Source of the DNA: Tubulanus polymorphus
Taxonomy: Eukaryota > Animalia > Nemertea
NCBI RefSeq assembly: GCF_964204645.1
Contig: NC_134029.1
Location: 6,014,001-6,078,000, forward strand
DNA length: 64,000 nucleotides
Reading direction: 5' to 3'
In this document: piece by piece, positions 1 through 14,400 of the stretch
How positions within the stretch are numbered: position 1 is the first letter of the stretch
Layout of the letters: every line of letters starts with the position of its first letter
Notes under the pieces: model-generated
What the model was told of the DNA's origin: nothing
What the model saw: only the letters and a program-made list of their open reading frames with translations
Database searches by the model: none
Translations under genes and position numbers: made by a program

Positions 1-88
<88 letters not shown>
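1..88. repeat. (TA)n microsatellite, truncated by window start
   Basis: Pure AT dinucleotide run. Confidence 0.99.
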
Positions 89-91
<3 letters not shown>

Positions 92-2153
92 CTGATTTTA
101 ACGGTCAAGTTATGGCATTTCGAATTAAAAGTAATCTTATTCTACATACTGAACTAAATTTGCCATTTAGTTTTAATTAAACGAGTTTAAGAAAGTGCAT
201 TCCGCTGGCTCGCTATAGAATTCGTGTTTGTAATTATGACAATTTCGAAATGGCAACGCCGCACGCTGAGTTTTAATGTATGCCAGGCTGTAATTTTCTC
301 CAAGGCGGATGAAATCTCGCTTTTCGCGTACAACAGTTGCAAGGCAGTTTCAGGGGGTGAACAGTTGTTCGCTAATATCAACCGTGAAGAAATTCTTTCG
401 GACACGTTGTGTATCATTAGCGGTAACGATGTTGTTACCCGAGCTGGAAAATTAGCAGTGTTGTTGCGCAATATAAAAAATATCTCTTATTTTACGTGAT
501 ATACAATACTCGTTTCCAGAATGGGAGACAACTATGTTAGATATATCCAAATGTTTATTAGACGGAGCCTTTAGGTTTCTGTTGTTATCTTTAATCTACA
601 CACCCACACGCTGTAAAGAAACCCATTTTTCCCTGTTTTACGGCCAGAACACAAACCTCAAAATTTACCCTTACGTATTCGTTCTTATTTTACGTTAAAA
701 AACCTTAAATCTAAACAAATCTGATATTTTAGTTCTTCTGCATTGTGTATGAGCATGGACGTATAAACTAGAGTAGTTTTTACGTCCATGGTATGAGCAT
801 GTTGGGCCCAATCCATAGCTGTATGGTAGGCACAATGATAATTGGCTAGGGAAAGGTGATTATTTTCGAAATTGTCAAGTACGGCATCTGCAAAGTGTAC
901 AGCAGCGCGTAATTTTAGCAGCATCGATGAAGCCGGCCACGTATAGTTTTCGTACACAATAACTTACCGCAAACCGTATTAATTGTCTCCCTCGGTTGTG
1001 GCATTATTAAACTATTGAGTGCCGAGTTTGATAATGCCGGGGCCAAACGCTGCAAGCAAGCGGTTACAAAATGTCACACAATAGCCTGTATCAGTATTCG
1101 ATTGTGACGAGTATTACTATATTATAGTCGCAGTTTATATTCGCACGATTAATTGCCTCGTGCGCCCCCCTGTCACAGCTGCTCGCTACGTTCGCTTTCA
1201 TTTCCACACGATCCCCTTTCATCGGAAATGTTCTCCTTTGATTTTTAATCGGATATGTTTGTCAGATTATCAATTTCCAACGCGCTAAAACAACTGAAAT
1301 ATGTGCGCGTAGCGGGTCGATATTTGGTGACGTGAAATTCTAGCCAACTGAACGCCTCGACCTGACCGCATTTTCAAACCTAACATTTCAATGGTGTATG
1401 ACACTTTTTGCGATTTGATATTTTATATTGTGCATCGAATGGGTACTTCAAATAAGTGAACAATATTATACTACAAAATACTAGTTTCGATTTCACATTG
1501 CAATCGATCGGTTGAGACCGCGACAAAAATCGCGAAGCTTTCACATGTTATTGAAATAGAATGGCAGCAAAAGTTCAAAAGGATATGTCCTTAATTTATG
1601 CCGACATCTTTTCTCTAACGAATTCAGCATCGATCTGTTACGGAAGAGGTGAATCAAAGTGAATCTAAATTTGATTAAAATGTCATCGGGAGTTTTCTGT
1701 CTGTTACACGTATTTGATCATTTTACCGTTGACATTTATTACGTATTCGTGCATACGCAGCAATTATAGTCCGTTATTCTTAAATTTCGTCCGGCTCACT
1801 AACACCGCCTTTTATTCCAATCCGGCACGTTCGCCACGGATCCACCATTGTATTTTGGGCAACCGTCATCTTCGAAAAGAAAAAATCCCGATCAGTGGCA
1901 ATGGGAAGCTGTAACACTAGTTATTCCGCCAGTTGGCGTTACGAGCGCGCCTAACGTTGCCAACATCAATTCAATATCAATGAACTGAATCCTTATGCTC
2001 CCGAATCAATACATAATCACAGGACCCGCCAAATATTCTTTAAATTCATTTTCCCCATTCAGTGATTGCAAAAGTTTTCATTGATAATTGATTCGTTTTA
2101 TTCAAGAGAAAAGTTCATTAAATTTCAACTTAAATGTAGAAGTTATTGAGCGC

Positions 2154-2736
2154 AACCTGGCGGATCCTTGCTTGCCATGAGCGGAATTCTCGATTGCTAC
2201 AATAGCGCTGGTAGCTCCCTATTCTATTTCAGTCTTTTCAAATCGTTGAAAAAATCTAAAATCCACGACATAATACAATTCATCTAGATGGATAATACGC
2301 GTTTAAATATGCATGGCAAGGGCGCAGCTTGCATCGTACTTTGTTAGGTAAATTGATTCATGTATACACGTGCTGTTCTGAATTTTCAAAGCTCCATCTA
2401 CTTGTTTTGTTTCTTTTTGACCAACACCGAACCAACAAAACGACGTTATGAACGAAATTCTCAATAACGTTGTAAAATTTCCATTCAATTCTAAATATTT
2501 CTATTTTGATTTCCACGTGATTTCATTGCTCTTCAGATTAAGATGCCTGGTTGCCGGTTTCTATTCCAATAGGGAACCGCAATACCACGATGTATCTAAT
2601 TAGATGGCGTAACTACTAGAGAACCTGGTGGATCCTCGCCTGCCATAAGTGGAACCCACGATTGCCACAGGAGGTCGTTGGTTCCCAATCAGATTCTGAC
2701 TGCAGGTGGTACAGAATTAGCCAGGCAACCAGTCTA
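2154..2736. repeat. Degenerate MITE-like element and local duplication
   Basis: ~70 bp segment AACCTGG..GGATCCT.GC.TGCCAT.AG.GGAA occurs at 2154 and 2622; inverted repeats CTGGTTGCC (2547-2555) and GGCAACCAG (2724-2732). A similar end motif recurs near 11403, 16405 and 16915. Confidence 0.6.
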
Positions 2737-4256
2737 AGATTATATACCGATACTGGGGTTTTGGCAAAGGGCGGATGCTAGAAAATCCATATACGATCAA
2801 TGTAACTAATTTCTATTTTCTCTGCTGCTTCACTTCGAAATTAAATGCTACCCCGTTACGGTTTATATTTGAGGAATTGCCCCGAGGAATAGAAATCTGT
2901 CAAACAATGTAAATACGTGTCGCGCGCTATAGAGCTATTTACAAATATGTCTAGCATTTCTAATAATCAGAGACAGACCTGATGATTTATACATATTGTA
3001 TAAGTGCGCGTTTAGGGTATATAGTATTATTTGCAACGGCTGATTTTCGATTTGATTATAACTACGTAGCCCGAAGACACCGAAGCATTATATATCAGTT
3101 GACTTATCGATTTACATATATACCTAATGAAAGGCGATGATAAATGGTGCATTTTGTCCAAAAGAACGCGACGAACTCAAAGAACTTCACCAATTACATC
3201 CTTTAAAAGATCCGAATGCCACAAAGAATAAAACCTTTTAACGAAAATTTCAAGACCTAGCTCAGTATATAGGATTTTATGCACACCTTCATTATCGAGT
3301 GTCGTAGCTTTTTTGCACTTCATTTTTTTACGCGGAAGTGGCTGATTCTCCGCATTGACGCACCGACCGAACTAGGATAGCGATATACCAACGACACTGG
3401 GCCTTCTCCGCGAGATATTTCGACACGTATCTGAAAATACATATGTAGTATATTACGCAGAGCCTTTTCTTGTTTTAACGTCTGAAATAAGGCTCAGTAG
3501 CTAAACTTCTAATTCTAAACTGTATGATCCAGTCTCCGCGACAATATCGTAGAGTGATTAACCACTGGGGTGCTGACCGTCTATATGTAAGAGAGGTTGG
3601 AGATCACTCTTGGTGATACGTGGACTAACCACTGACCCTTCAATACAGTAACTAATGACGCGCAAAATGATGTTTCCATCATCGTCGTCGAGGAACAAGA
3701 CGGAACGGTGATGTCGAACTCTTGTGCTCTAATTGAGGTAAATGGACAAAGTAGCGCTACGATGATTTGGCTACATCAAAGCTTGTTCTGTGGCAGTCTT
3801 TTCTCGATTGTTTCACGTTTGACACGGTTTTTCTAATGAAGCATGTTCGCGGAAATATCCCCCATTCAGAGATAGCCCACGTTTTCGTATAACACTTTTC
3901 GTAGACACGAGGACCATCGAATGAGTAGTCTATGAATATACCAGAACTCTGTAATTGCTATGCTGCGTAAAGCGTATACGTATATATTCGAGTGTGTTTT
4001 TTTACCGATGCCATTTTCTAAATAGATATATACAAATATAGATAGGTGTATGTACGCGGAGACATTTTACATTCTATTGAGGTTTTGATGTTTTTCGTCG
4101 ACGATAGAAATCGATCGCACCCTCGGCTCAAAATAGACCTGTGCATTGAGAATGCGCAAGCTGTTTTGCTTTCTGTTTGACCTATGAATGCGAAGAGGAA
4201 CGAGTTGATATCTGCGGAAAGATGACTCAAAATATTGATCAGTTCGAAAGACAGAA

Positions 4257-4826
4257 TCATCCCCGCGTTGCCATCGGTTGAAAAAGCTTTCGGCATCTTC
4301 CAAATGAATGCTCAAACACTTGCTCTATAAGTAAACCGCCTGTAGCCTTTCATATAGATACGAGCTTCATTGAAAATAAATTTCTAAAAAGTAGCCCGAG
4401 GTCGCAGATATGGAATTCCGATATGAGCGTGTTAAGAAATAATGATGAACGTCTCCAAACGAATCGATAACAACAGTTACCATGGAAGTTTTCAGACGAC
4501 ACGACTTCTTTACTTCTCGTATTTTGTAAAGCATTTTCTATATGGATCTGTATTGCACAATTTCACGTGTGTTTATGATATATATACCGAATATAGGCAA
4601 TAACCTTTGTGTGTAATTGATTTATGAATAGAATAAATTCGATATCTATTTTCGATAACATCGACATTTAAATACGCTCTGTAGTCAGCTGCAATTATAT
4701 ATTTACTTGCACGCACAATTTCATGAAATTTTCCATATCTATTTTTTCTAATCTCGTTGTATTTGTTGTGCCATCCGCGTACGTTTCAAATTCTACGTCA
4801 AGCGAGCGCAGGGAAGTTTTTCTCAT
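4257..4826 (-). CDS. Candidate small spliced gene with EF-hand-like spacing (~84 aa), unverified
   Basis: Three phase-compatible GT-AG exons 4826-4707, 4547-4481, 4324-4257 give MRKTSLRSLDVEFETYADGTTNTTRLEKIDMENFMKLCVQ|IHIENALQNTRSKEVVSSENFH|EQVFEHSFGRCRKLFQPMATRG*. No firm homology recognised. Confidence 0.35.
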
Positions 4827-5916
4827 GCCGACTCGTTTTGCGTGGACAAGCTTGGCATCACTGAATCTCAGACGAAAGGGCATTCATCTTGAAAATGGCC
4901 GAAAACATCATCGAAAGTGCGATTCGCATGGCGCCTTTAGGAGCATATTCTGAGCATCATGCGAATATTTGAGACGAAGATGAATCTGAATCCATAAGCC
5001 CAGCGGTGATTGACGCGCAGACGAAATAAAAATTTAAAGTCAGGATGTTTCTTCGATTCATATTTCATGCATGACTACTGGCTTGGTGCGCTCAGCAAAC
5101 CTTGAGTTTTCTTGAACATATCGTAGTCGTGCAAAGGTATGGTGATAACAAAGTTTATGAAGGATTGGTTAGCTTTGACTAAAGGTCCACGTCAAGTATC
5201 AGTTTTATACGAAAGAGGCAATGGCTCCAAGATGAAATAGTTGGTGGCTTTTGATTCGGCACTTTCTCCCAAAATTTCCCAAAAATCGAAACCGAAAATA
5301 AACTTTACATTTTAGCGTGTTCGCTGGGATGAAACTGGGCTGAGATTTGTGATTTTTCAACTTTCATCCCAACGAAATACCCGTACATATTTGATAAGTT
5401 TAACGGAAACAATTGACTCACGCCCGCAGTCGTCGTCTGAGCCGAAGGAATAGTGTTTATCTGAACTCTTATTTTATTAGCGAACATCCGCAGGGATTCA
5501 TCCACTTAACGGTGATTTACTTAGGCAATGCAAATTACTAAATCCGTTCACATGCGACAAGGGGAAACCGGTGGAGTTAACGAGCCGCTTATACCATTAC
5601 ATGAATAAAATACCACAACCGGCAAGAGCAGGAATCGCCGTTGAGAATTATTAATCGACATACGCTCGCGATTTTTCGTGTATACCGAGACCCCGGTCCT
5701 TATGAAAAATGAATATTTGCTCAAATCTATGCATGTTTTTTGTCAAATTTTTCACCGGCCGTGTAACAAAACGATCTTTTTGTATTCCTAGAAGCGACGG
5801 AAATCTTCTTCACGCTGATTGGCTGGATGAGTCCATGTCTTGGCTATTTGTGAAATCACACAATTCATGGACGTATAAACTATGTCCGTGGATAAATCTT
5901 TTTTCTATCTTAAAGT

Positions 5917-6178
5917 AGGGATTGACCTGGTTATTTGATTGGTAGATTTCGTTTGATTTGATTTGGTGTCCCTTACAAACCCACCACACCTACCGGGAAC
6001 GAAACAGGGGGTTTCATTTTGATATCAGAAATCGAAGTACAGATATAGTTGTGTGATCAGCGGTCGAATTCACAGAAAGTTTTTCTTTTTTAAATCGAAG
6101 CACATAATTGGAAATTTCGGTTACGGTTCATTCAAACAATCGTCCAACCAGCCTGAACCGGCAAGCGACTGATTGGGG
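5917..6178 (+). repeat. Dispersed repeat family A, copy 1 (~260 bp)
   Basis: Shares GTCCCTTAC..CACCACACCT.CCG..ACGAAACAGGGGGTT..GCGGTCGAATT.ACAGAA..CCAACCAG.CTGAACCG with 7995-8243 and, inverted, 35083-35345. Confidence 0.9.
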
Positions 6179-7994
6179 AACCCATTTGTGGCAGCGATGG
6201 AATATAAATAGCTTAACCCGTAATGGCAGACGTCACGTCTACACCACAGGGCAGGATACCTACCTGCACACCCATGGAATCCACTGTCGTAAACTTCGAT
6301 CGGAGAACATCAGTTCTTGGGGGAAAGATAAGAGCCAGCGTAGCATTTAAAAATACGCCCGGAGACCAACGATTGTATCTGCAAGCAAAGTTCAAAGGTT
6401 TAGGATACGACATTATTCGTCACTCAATGCATCACGTGCTTTCTTTCGTTGTGAATTTTTGTGTTGGTAAATCTGAGATTTTGATGTAAGGCTTACCTAA
6501 TCGTGAGGCATACGCGCTGCTCGTTGTAGTTAGCGCATTTATACCGATTAAACAATATGGCCATCGTATGTTTACGCAAGCGAATAGAATCCCTTGGCCT
6601 ATGTTAAAGATGTTGAGCAAACAGCGCGCCACAGCCGCGGCACGGGAGTTTAGCGACGGGTACTTAAGTTGCTGGTTTACGCGCTGACAAAAGTAATTAC
6701 GAATCTGTGCTTCTTTCACGGCGAAGATTAAATATTGTCGTACTGCCAGCGTCAGGACAAGACGAGGACGAGGCGATGAATAAAAGGAGACATCACGTTG
6801 AACATCCGGTTAATTAGCTTACTGGTCTAAACTGCATGGCTGTTCATCAGCTAAGTCTTCCAACGGATAAATACCGACTAACAGGTTTTCGTTAAATACG
6901 AAGAGAACTTTCTTATCGACGGAAAAGGCGGAAAGTTCAACGAAGCTGTCTCATACGTCTTATTGATTTAACTGATGACCGTAATGAAATTTGTATCCGC
7001 GTTTTTCGTCTATTTCGTCGACGATGCGCGCGACAGGGTTACGTAAATACAGTTAGATCTCGATCTTGAACGTGGCACTAACAGCCAATATAATGATGTT
7101 GCCGCTAATCTAAGCATCATTACGACTGTTGAGTAGAAATGAAATTTGGGATACGAATTGTTTGCCAAAGACTATATATTTAAGCTACATTCCCGAATAT
7201 TTAAGCGTTGCAATATAGCAGTTATGGGATAGTAGTGAAAGTAATCGGAATCGAAATATAATGACCGCTAATGTTATGTAAAGGTGTTTCATTCCGGCAT
7301 TCCTGCAGATAAAGCGTTAATAGAGTTTTGGGAAAATATTAGGAGAATCCCACAATAATAACGAAAAACAAAGTCCGAAAATGCACCCTAGAGCTAGTGT
7401 TTATTCAACGCTTCGACTATATTCTAATAGTCATCTTCAGGAATACTGTAAACTACTATCTCTAGGAAGCATTTTCGGACCATGCTTCTCGGTATTATTG
7501 TGGAATTCTCCTATCGCCAATACACGGACATTACGTAATGTCTTATTTGATCGAGAATTCTGGGATAGTGGAATAACCATTGGACAGTGTTCCGACTTTC
7601 TCCGTATTCCCCTCACGAATCAATGAGTTTAATTGAGAGAAAGACGGCCGAAAACTTGTCTAGTTGATTGAATTAGTTTCATACGTAACAAATTAACCAG
7701 TTTCCATCGTTGTCGAACGTTTCGATTCTGTGTAAACACATTCGTGTACTTAAAAGCGTTCTGGAGAAATTTGTGTTCCGGTATTTGCCGATAATTGCAC
7801 GCGCGCAGACTATCCGTCTAGAAAATAAACAGGAATTTCCTTCATGCACGCTTGTAGAGGCGTGATACCGCCCGACCAAACTCATTCGTCCACGCGTTTT
7901 AAAACTCGTTATAGGCCTTGCGTTAGTTATCATTGATACATGAGGAATTGTTTGTTTGAAAATTGCAAAACGCAGATTCTTTAAAATCTTGAAA

Positions 7995-8243
7995 TAGGGA
8001 TTGATACTGTTATTTAATTGATTGGTAGATTTTTTGATTTGGGGTCCCTTACCAACTCACCACACCTGCCGCGGACGAAACAGGGGGTTAGATTTTGAAA
8101 TCGGAAATCGAAGTACGGGTATAGTAAGTGTGATCGGCGGTCGAATTGACAGAATTTTTTGTCTAAATCGAAGTACGTAAATCGGGAAATTCGGTTCCGG
8201 TTCATTCATCTTCCAACCAGTCTGAACCGACAAGAACGAACTG
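7995..8243 (+). repeat. Dispersed repeat family A, copy 2
   Basis: Colinear similarity to 5917-6178. Confidence 0.9.
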
Positions 8244-11162
8244 CGAGACGAGTATATTTAATTATTTATCTTAATTCGCTGTCATTGTTAACGGCTTAAT
8301 TCGTTGCGAATAAACATTCCCATAAGCGGATGGCTGATTGAAAAATCAGCGATCGTTTTTCATCTATAAATAATAACGAGAGCACGGAAATTAAGAAACT
8401 CTTGTTCTCCTGTAAATCGTCTACGGAACCATCGCTGCGTACATGCATCATATTTTTGACGCAGCCTACCCTGAAGGGAATTACGTCGAGTCATTACATG
8501 TACCTGGCAATTATTAACGGATTCGGATAGGTAGTTTTCCCGGAGTAGATTTACAACGCATTAACAGCTGGTTCAGTCCCAGCAATATTCTCTTATTCCT
8601 TGTCGTCGTTCTGTCGTTCTTGTAATTTAGGATGAGTGGCCGCGAATGTTGGTCGCCTTGTTTCAATTAGCGAACCAATGCGTGACTTACTTCCAAAGCT
8701 GCAACTATAACCCGGTGTTGACAAAAAAAAACTGACGGTAGTCGAGAAGGAAAAAGCGAACGATAAAGCATTTTCTTTTCGCTCAGCCGTGTCGTACGCT
8801 ACAGAGCGTTGACGGTATCAGGCAAAATTCGACTATTTACAAATCTTCCAAACCCTACTCGCACGTCACAAATGGGACATCATTTTTTGTCTCTGGTGAC
8901 GCGATTTCCGCGACCGATTATGCATGCAAGCGCGTCGGGCTCGGTCGCAATTTATGCATCCTCGCAGAAATCTGGTGACGGACGTGCACACACAGAGAGC
9001 CGAACCCAGAGATAAATCGCGCACATGAGAAGTGTGCCTTAATTTAATAGAATTGTCGGTCTATTAGTTTTTCCGACGACTGATCTTCGCTTTCGGATGT
9101 TCTGTTGAAATGTGACCGGAGTACATGAGCATTTGAATGCTTTCCGCGTCCATGTTATTGACAGTGACGTATTGGGTATAGCCATAACTGTTCTGTAGTT
9201 TGCATACCGTATGTTGCTCTACCGGCGAGGAACGCGTTTATATACCGCTTTAGGGTTGTCCGAGTAGCCGCGCACATTTTTCAGCAGCATTATCATTCAT
9301 ACCACATCCATCAAGCCTTTATCTGTAATTTCCTTCTTTTATTACTTAAATCTAAAAAATAATAAGTGGCAAATTTGCGTGTCGAATGTAGATTCTTTTC
9401 AGCGTCACTAGTTGCCGCAGGGTCTTCGTGTAAAAGATCAGATGGAATAAAAGCGAGTTCATATATTTCATGAGCTTTTAACTTTCTGGATTATATTCTA
9501 TCGAACGCCGGCATCACTGGCAAACGAAACAGCGCTTTAAAAACTACGACCGCGGTGTCAATGTATCGTTGATGACTAAATATCAGGCCACACTGTCTAA
9601 GTATTTTCTGATGATTCTGAAAACCCGATATGTATCATAGATAACACAGTTTTGACTGCTTACCCCTTGCGTATGTATATAACAGATATCATCGGTGAAC
9701 GAAGGGACGCGGTTAATGTAATTGAACAAAGTCATTCACTTTCCACAAATCTTACTTTTCCACAAGTCTCAAATATGGAATCCCTATAATGATGTCAGAA
9801 TTTTCTGACGAAAGTAGCGGATGCAGTATATGAATTGCTTTTATTAGGATGTAGTAACGCAGCGACCGAGAGTGTACATTTTTTTACACAGGACAAAATA
9901 TTTGGTCAATGCTATTCTAGTTTAGCTAAACTGAGAAGTATAGTCGACTCAGCTCTAGTTGGACCTTTTGGGCCCGTAAAAATGTGGCCGACTTGATATT
10001 CGAGTTGGATGCTATGTATTTCTTAAAGAGTGTCACAAAAATATATTTTTAGAAACGTCTTGAACGGTTATCCGGGTTGATCGGACCCGACTCGACAGGA
10101 GTCTATTGTAGTGTATACTACTTGATGAGGGATTTGATAGAAAAATCGCCCTCCTAGTATCAGTATATATTCTCAGTACTGAGTTATCGTTCGTATAATT
10201 TGCACTGGTCATCGTGCATAATTAACAAGCGAGACATAGAGAGACACGTCATTAAGCACTAAATATGATACGACAAAGATATGGAAATGGACATCCGGCT
10301 AATGATAAATTTATGGCGAATGTTCGCAAAGCTAACCGGTGACGACACGCCCAGAGGACAGTTATTGTTTCTTATCCTCTCCAGATTTACGATAACTTGT
10401 TTACTTACGAAATATGGAGTGAAGCTTTATTTTCACGTTAAAAAATGAATACATAACTACAATGTATTTCATTTGGAAAATTAGTGTCATTCTTATTGTT
10501 TGTATTTCGATCGTTAGTGTCAAATACATCAGCTAGGCCTACGCGTGTATATTCGTACGAATTTACGATAAATGTATTAAGAAAAGGTGACATTACTTTT
10601 CGAATTACTAATCGTTGTTATATAAATCATCCGAGTAAAGTAGATGTTCATTGAAATTGATGGATAGCATATAAGTCTAAACATTAGTTAGCCATAAAGT
10701 TTCGGCATATGCGCCATGCACTCCATTTTTAAAACGCTCACGACAAAATGCTCAATCATCACGCTCGGTTATTTTGCAACCTTGTCGGAAGTATCATCTG
10801 CTAAATAATTCATTTCGGTTTTCTCATTTTGGTGACGAATAATCGTTAGAGCCGGACATCTCGTATCATTCAACTCGCGTAATAGTCCCTTGTTTGCGTT
10901 CGTTACGACCCGCAATCGTATGCTACGTACGAACTAGTAAGTCGTCTACCCGACGAAACATCTGGATGTATTTTTTTAGCGCAAATATAGATTATTGAAA
11001 TAACACGACCATTGATTAGCTATTAGAGCAATAATGCTAGTTGTGGAACTGGCTGAATTACATACGGTGATTACATAGGGTGAAATATAGCCTCAGTGTT
11101 CGTGATGAAACATCTACTTCTTCTGGGACAAGACGATTTTTCTTTTTGGACACCGTAAAAAC

Positions 11163-11444
11163 CGTTTCGATAGTGTTTATACACATTGATCCCTAGCATG
11201 CGTTATCCAAGGGGTTCTGCGCGAGTCGAAGTGCACTACGTCATCAATATTGGCGTTTCAAAATAACATTTACAATTGTGAATTTTGGTGTTTAATTTGT
11301 AAATAAGCATATTCTATATAACTCATATTCTATTATTGATAAAAATCTAATAGTCATTTCTGATAGAATACGCTCTACGTCACTAATAAAATCGGCGCTA
11401 AGCTGGTTGCCTGTCAATTCAATTCAATAATCGATATGTTCAAA
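11163..11444 (-). repeat. Dispersed repeat family B, inverted copy (~280 bp)
   Basis: Reverse complement of 16378-16617 (e.g. GTGCACTACGTCATCAATATTGGCGTTTCAAAATAACA vs TGTTATTTTGAAACGCCAATATTGATGACGTAGTGCAC). Confidence 0.9.
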
Positions 11445-14400
11445 TCCAAAATAATTTCCTACCCGGTATATTTTTGTCGACAGTATCAAGCTTTATTTGC
11501 ATTATTTTTAAGGTGTCATTAGACTTTCAAATTAGTTTTCTTAGTTCAATAATTAATTCTTTTATCATTTGACAACCAGTAATTAAGATACGGTTGTCCC
11601 AAATTTTTGATATTTTTTAAAAATTGAATTTTGTATAATATTGATAGATGCAATGGAGATATACATGATAGTGTGAAAATTGGCCATCAAGCCAAGAAAC
11701 TTCATATGTTGATACGTCAAACTGAATATAGATATCTGTGAAACAGTAATGATGAATGCTGACAGCAGTTTTTACTGAAAAAATATTCGAAATTACAAAA
11801 CGGTGCTGGCAATTTCATATCGAAACTGACAATCGCCGCAGCATTGGAAAAGTCAATAAATATATTTGATGTAGTGATGTCGTGACAATGAACTTGTCAA
11901 TCACTTGACGTTGAAAATCACAAGTGGTATCTAGTGACAGGTGCACCTAATGACAGATGAACCAGTCAATATCAATGGTTTATATACATTATGTATTGTC
12001 TATCGTCTTTCGATAAAATTTCCTATCTAAAATCTAATTTGTTGGCAAAACGTCGCTTAGGACGAACAGTCGTAGTAGTAAAGACACTACTAACCGTATA
12101 AATCCTATAAATTTTACTTAAGCTTTATTGTCAGTTAAGAAAGTTTTTACACATTCATAAAGATGGTAGCAACACTTTACAGTCGAATCAACAGCACACG
12201 ATATCATACAGCTAATAATCGAGTTGTCCTCAGGATTTCCATAACTTAAAAATCTAGAAATGTTTTGAACATAATTTTCTAAACAAATGGGGTAATTTTC
12301 GGAAATATTTAAGAATGAGCTTAGGTGAAAACTTATCAGAAGTTGCTCAATGGGTTGACGTAATTGAAATCATTCTGATTCTTTTAAACGTTTCGCTTTA
12401 ACCATTTATATTGATTTGGTGGTTGTATTTGATTCTAGCAATTTGTCCACATGCTCGTCAGCATTCAGCAATGGATTCCTGGTTATTTGGTCGAATCTAT
12501 CAGAAATCCTGGGATCGTAATAACCAAGAATACGCAATTACATCATCGTAAATCTGTAAAGGTGCTAGATAAGCCTGATGAAACTCCGGGATAAGATATG
12601 TTCGTTCTAATTCGCCGGATGTTTCGTTTGATTGTTACCGTAGCATGTTCCTTAATTCTCGTGTCAGAGATAAAACTCGTAAGATCATTACGGTAATTAT
12701 CAAGGAAAAGAGAAACATGTGCATTCTCTTTACTATCCCCTCTTTAGAGGTCTATACTTACAGTGTGTGCAAGAGAGAGTGGTGTTAGTCAGCGCTCACC
12801 AGCTGGACGTATAACCTTCAACACCTTCAAGACAACGCACGTATATACCAATTCACCCCTGCGCCCCCTTAATTGACTGGCATTTATGTTAGGGTTTCTT
12901 AAATATTCAATTTCAAATATTTAGAATCAGCATAACATATTTGGTTAGATAATGGGTCGTATGCAACCGCAGCACGAAAGATTTGTCGATGTTAAAATCT
13001 TCGGTTTCTAATGAACTGCATGTATACGTATCTTTTCATTACGTTATTGTGTTCAACTATATTTATTGGATTAGATTGTTTTTCACCGAATGTTCGTAGC
13101 AAATCACTACTTTCCTCTTTCGAATCCACGTCATGCGCAGCGCGCATAGTCGGCGAATTTCTCGTATAAACAGCCAAAATAATCACTTCAATTCGACGCT
13201 AACTGTGCACTCGACCAATAACCAACATAACTACCACTAGACGATGCTGCCGGGATGCAAAGATTAGCTTAGATTAGTCCGGAGTCTTATACTGCTACTG
13301 ATAGTTCAGTAGGATATGTAAGCATTAGCCCCATTTGCGTCATGCGAGCACTATTCGTTTCGTAATAGAGTGTCTTGACAAACTCCTTCATTGCCATATA
13401 TCGCTTTCAACTACCTGATGGACGTCTTTCATTCGGTATCAATCTGTACAATGGCTGAGTGTTCGGTCTAGCGAGACACAACTCAATAGTTAGTTTGAAA
13501 TCTTGAGATTGGTCTATTAAGTTGTTATAATCAATTGCTCGATTGGCTATTGAAACATGATAGGTTTAGACTGGTCTTAAAGTCTAAGCTTTGACTGGAA
13601 CTGGACCGAGAGTCCAACTCTGTAGTGAATTCACCCCAGAGATGGTTTTAGACTCGCCCTAAATTCAAGTCTTGGCTGTGTAACTTCTGGGATCGTACTT
13701 ATACCTCGTGCATGTAATAGGATATTCAGATGTATCCCTTTTCGTGAACGATAGTCTTGGAATGGTTAAAGATCATACAAACATTTGTCTAATGACATTT
13801 GTCTAAACATTTGTCTAATGACATTTGATAAATATCTAATAAGAATGAAAGAATGATATTGAATTAATGCACTGGTAGCCTCGTACAAAATATTCTTAAC
13901 GAATAGATGGAAAAAGAGCAGTCGTCAATCGCGATCTAACTCTCTGAAATTAATGAGAGTACTTCAACATATAATCGGTCAAAGCGAATCGATATCTATG
14001 TAAAATGCCATACTATCGGATTTGTTGACCTGAAAATTTCGATGATCAATTAAACTCGATCTTTATACTTGTGCCGAATTCACATTTGAAATTAACGATC
14101 ACGCACAACATCTGCGTGCATATAGTACTGTTATGAATTACGGAAACGATTTCACAAGGGCAGAAAATCTCAGATATCGTTTGAAATAGTATATTTTTTG
14201 AATATTATCATATCTCAGACTAGATATACGTGGCAAAACTAATGAAATGCTATACTTCATAGCTCAAACACGCAGGAAAGTAGCTCGATTTTCTGTTGCA
14301 AAACGGACGAGTTGTGTTGATAGTGCGTCCGCCGCGGCACTGCCCTCCGTTAGGAGAGTTCAGCACCGTGTCGGTACGGCACTTTCTATAGGGAGTCATT

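Noticed and set aside
187-1049. Overlapping ORFs on both strands and a possible minus-strand exon pair (1049-968 joined to 444-187)
   Set aside because: Phases can be matched, but no recognisable protein, start or family motif.
3532-3737. Plus-strand exon-like segments with good splice signals
   Set aside because: Joining them gives in-frame stops; at most non-coding.
6823-7728. Extra minus-strand micro-exons (including an FDNDGNWLI EF-loop-like peptide) upstream of the 4.3-4.8 kb candidate
   Set aside because: The chain needs a 25-nt micro-exon and gives an unconvincing protein; likely over-fitting.
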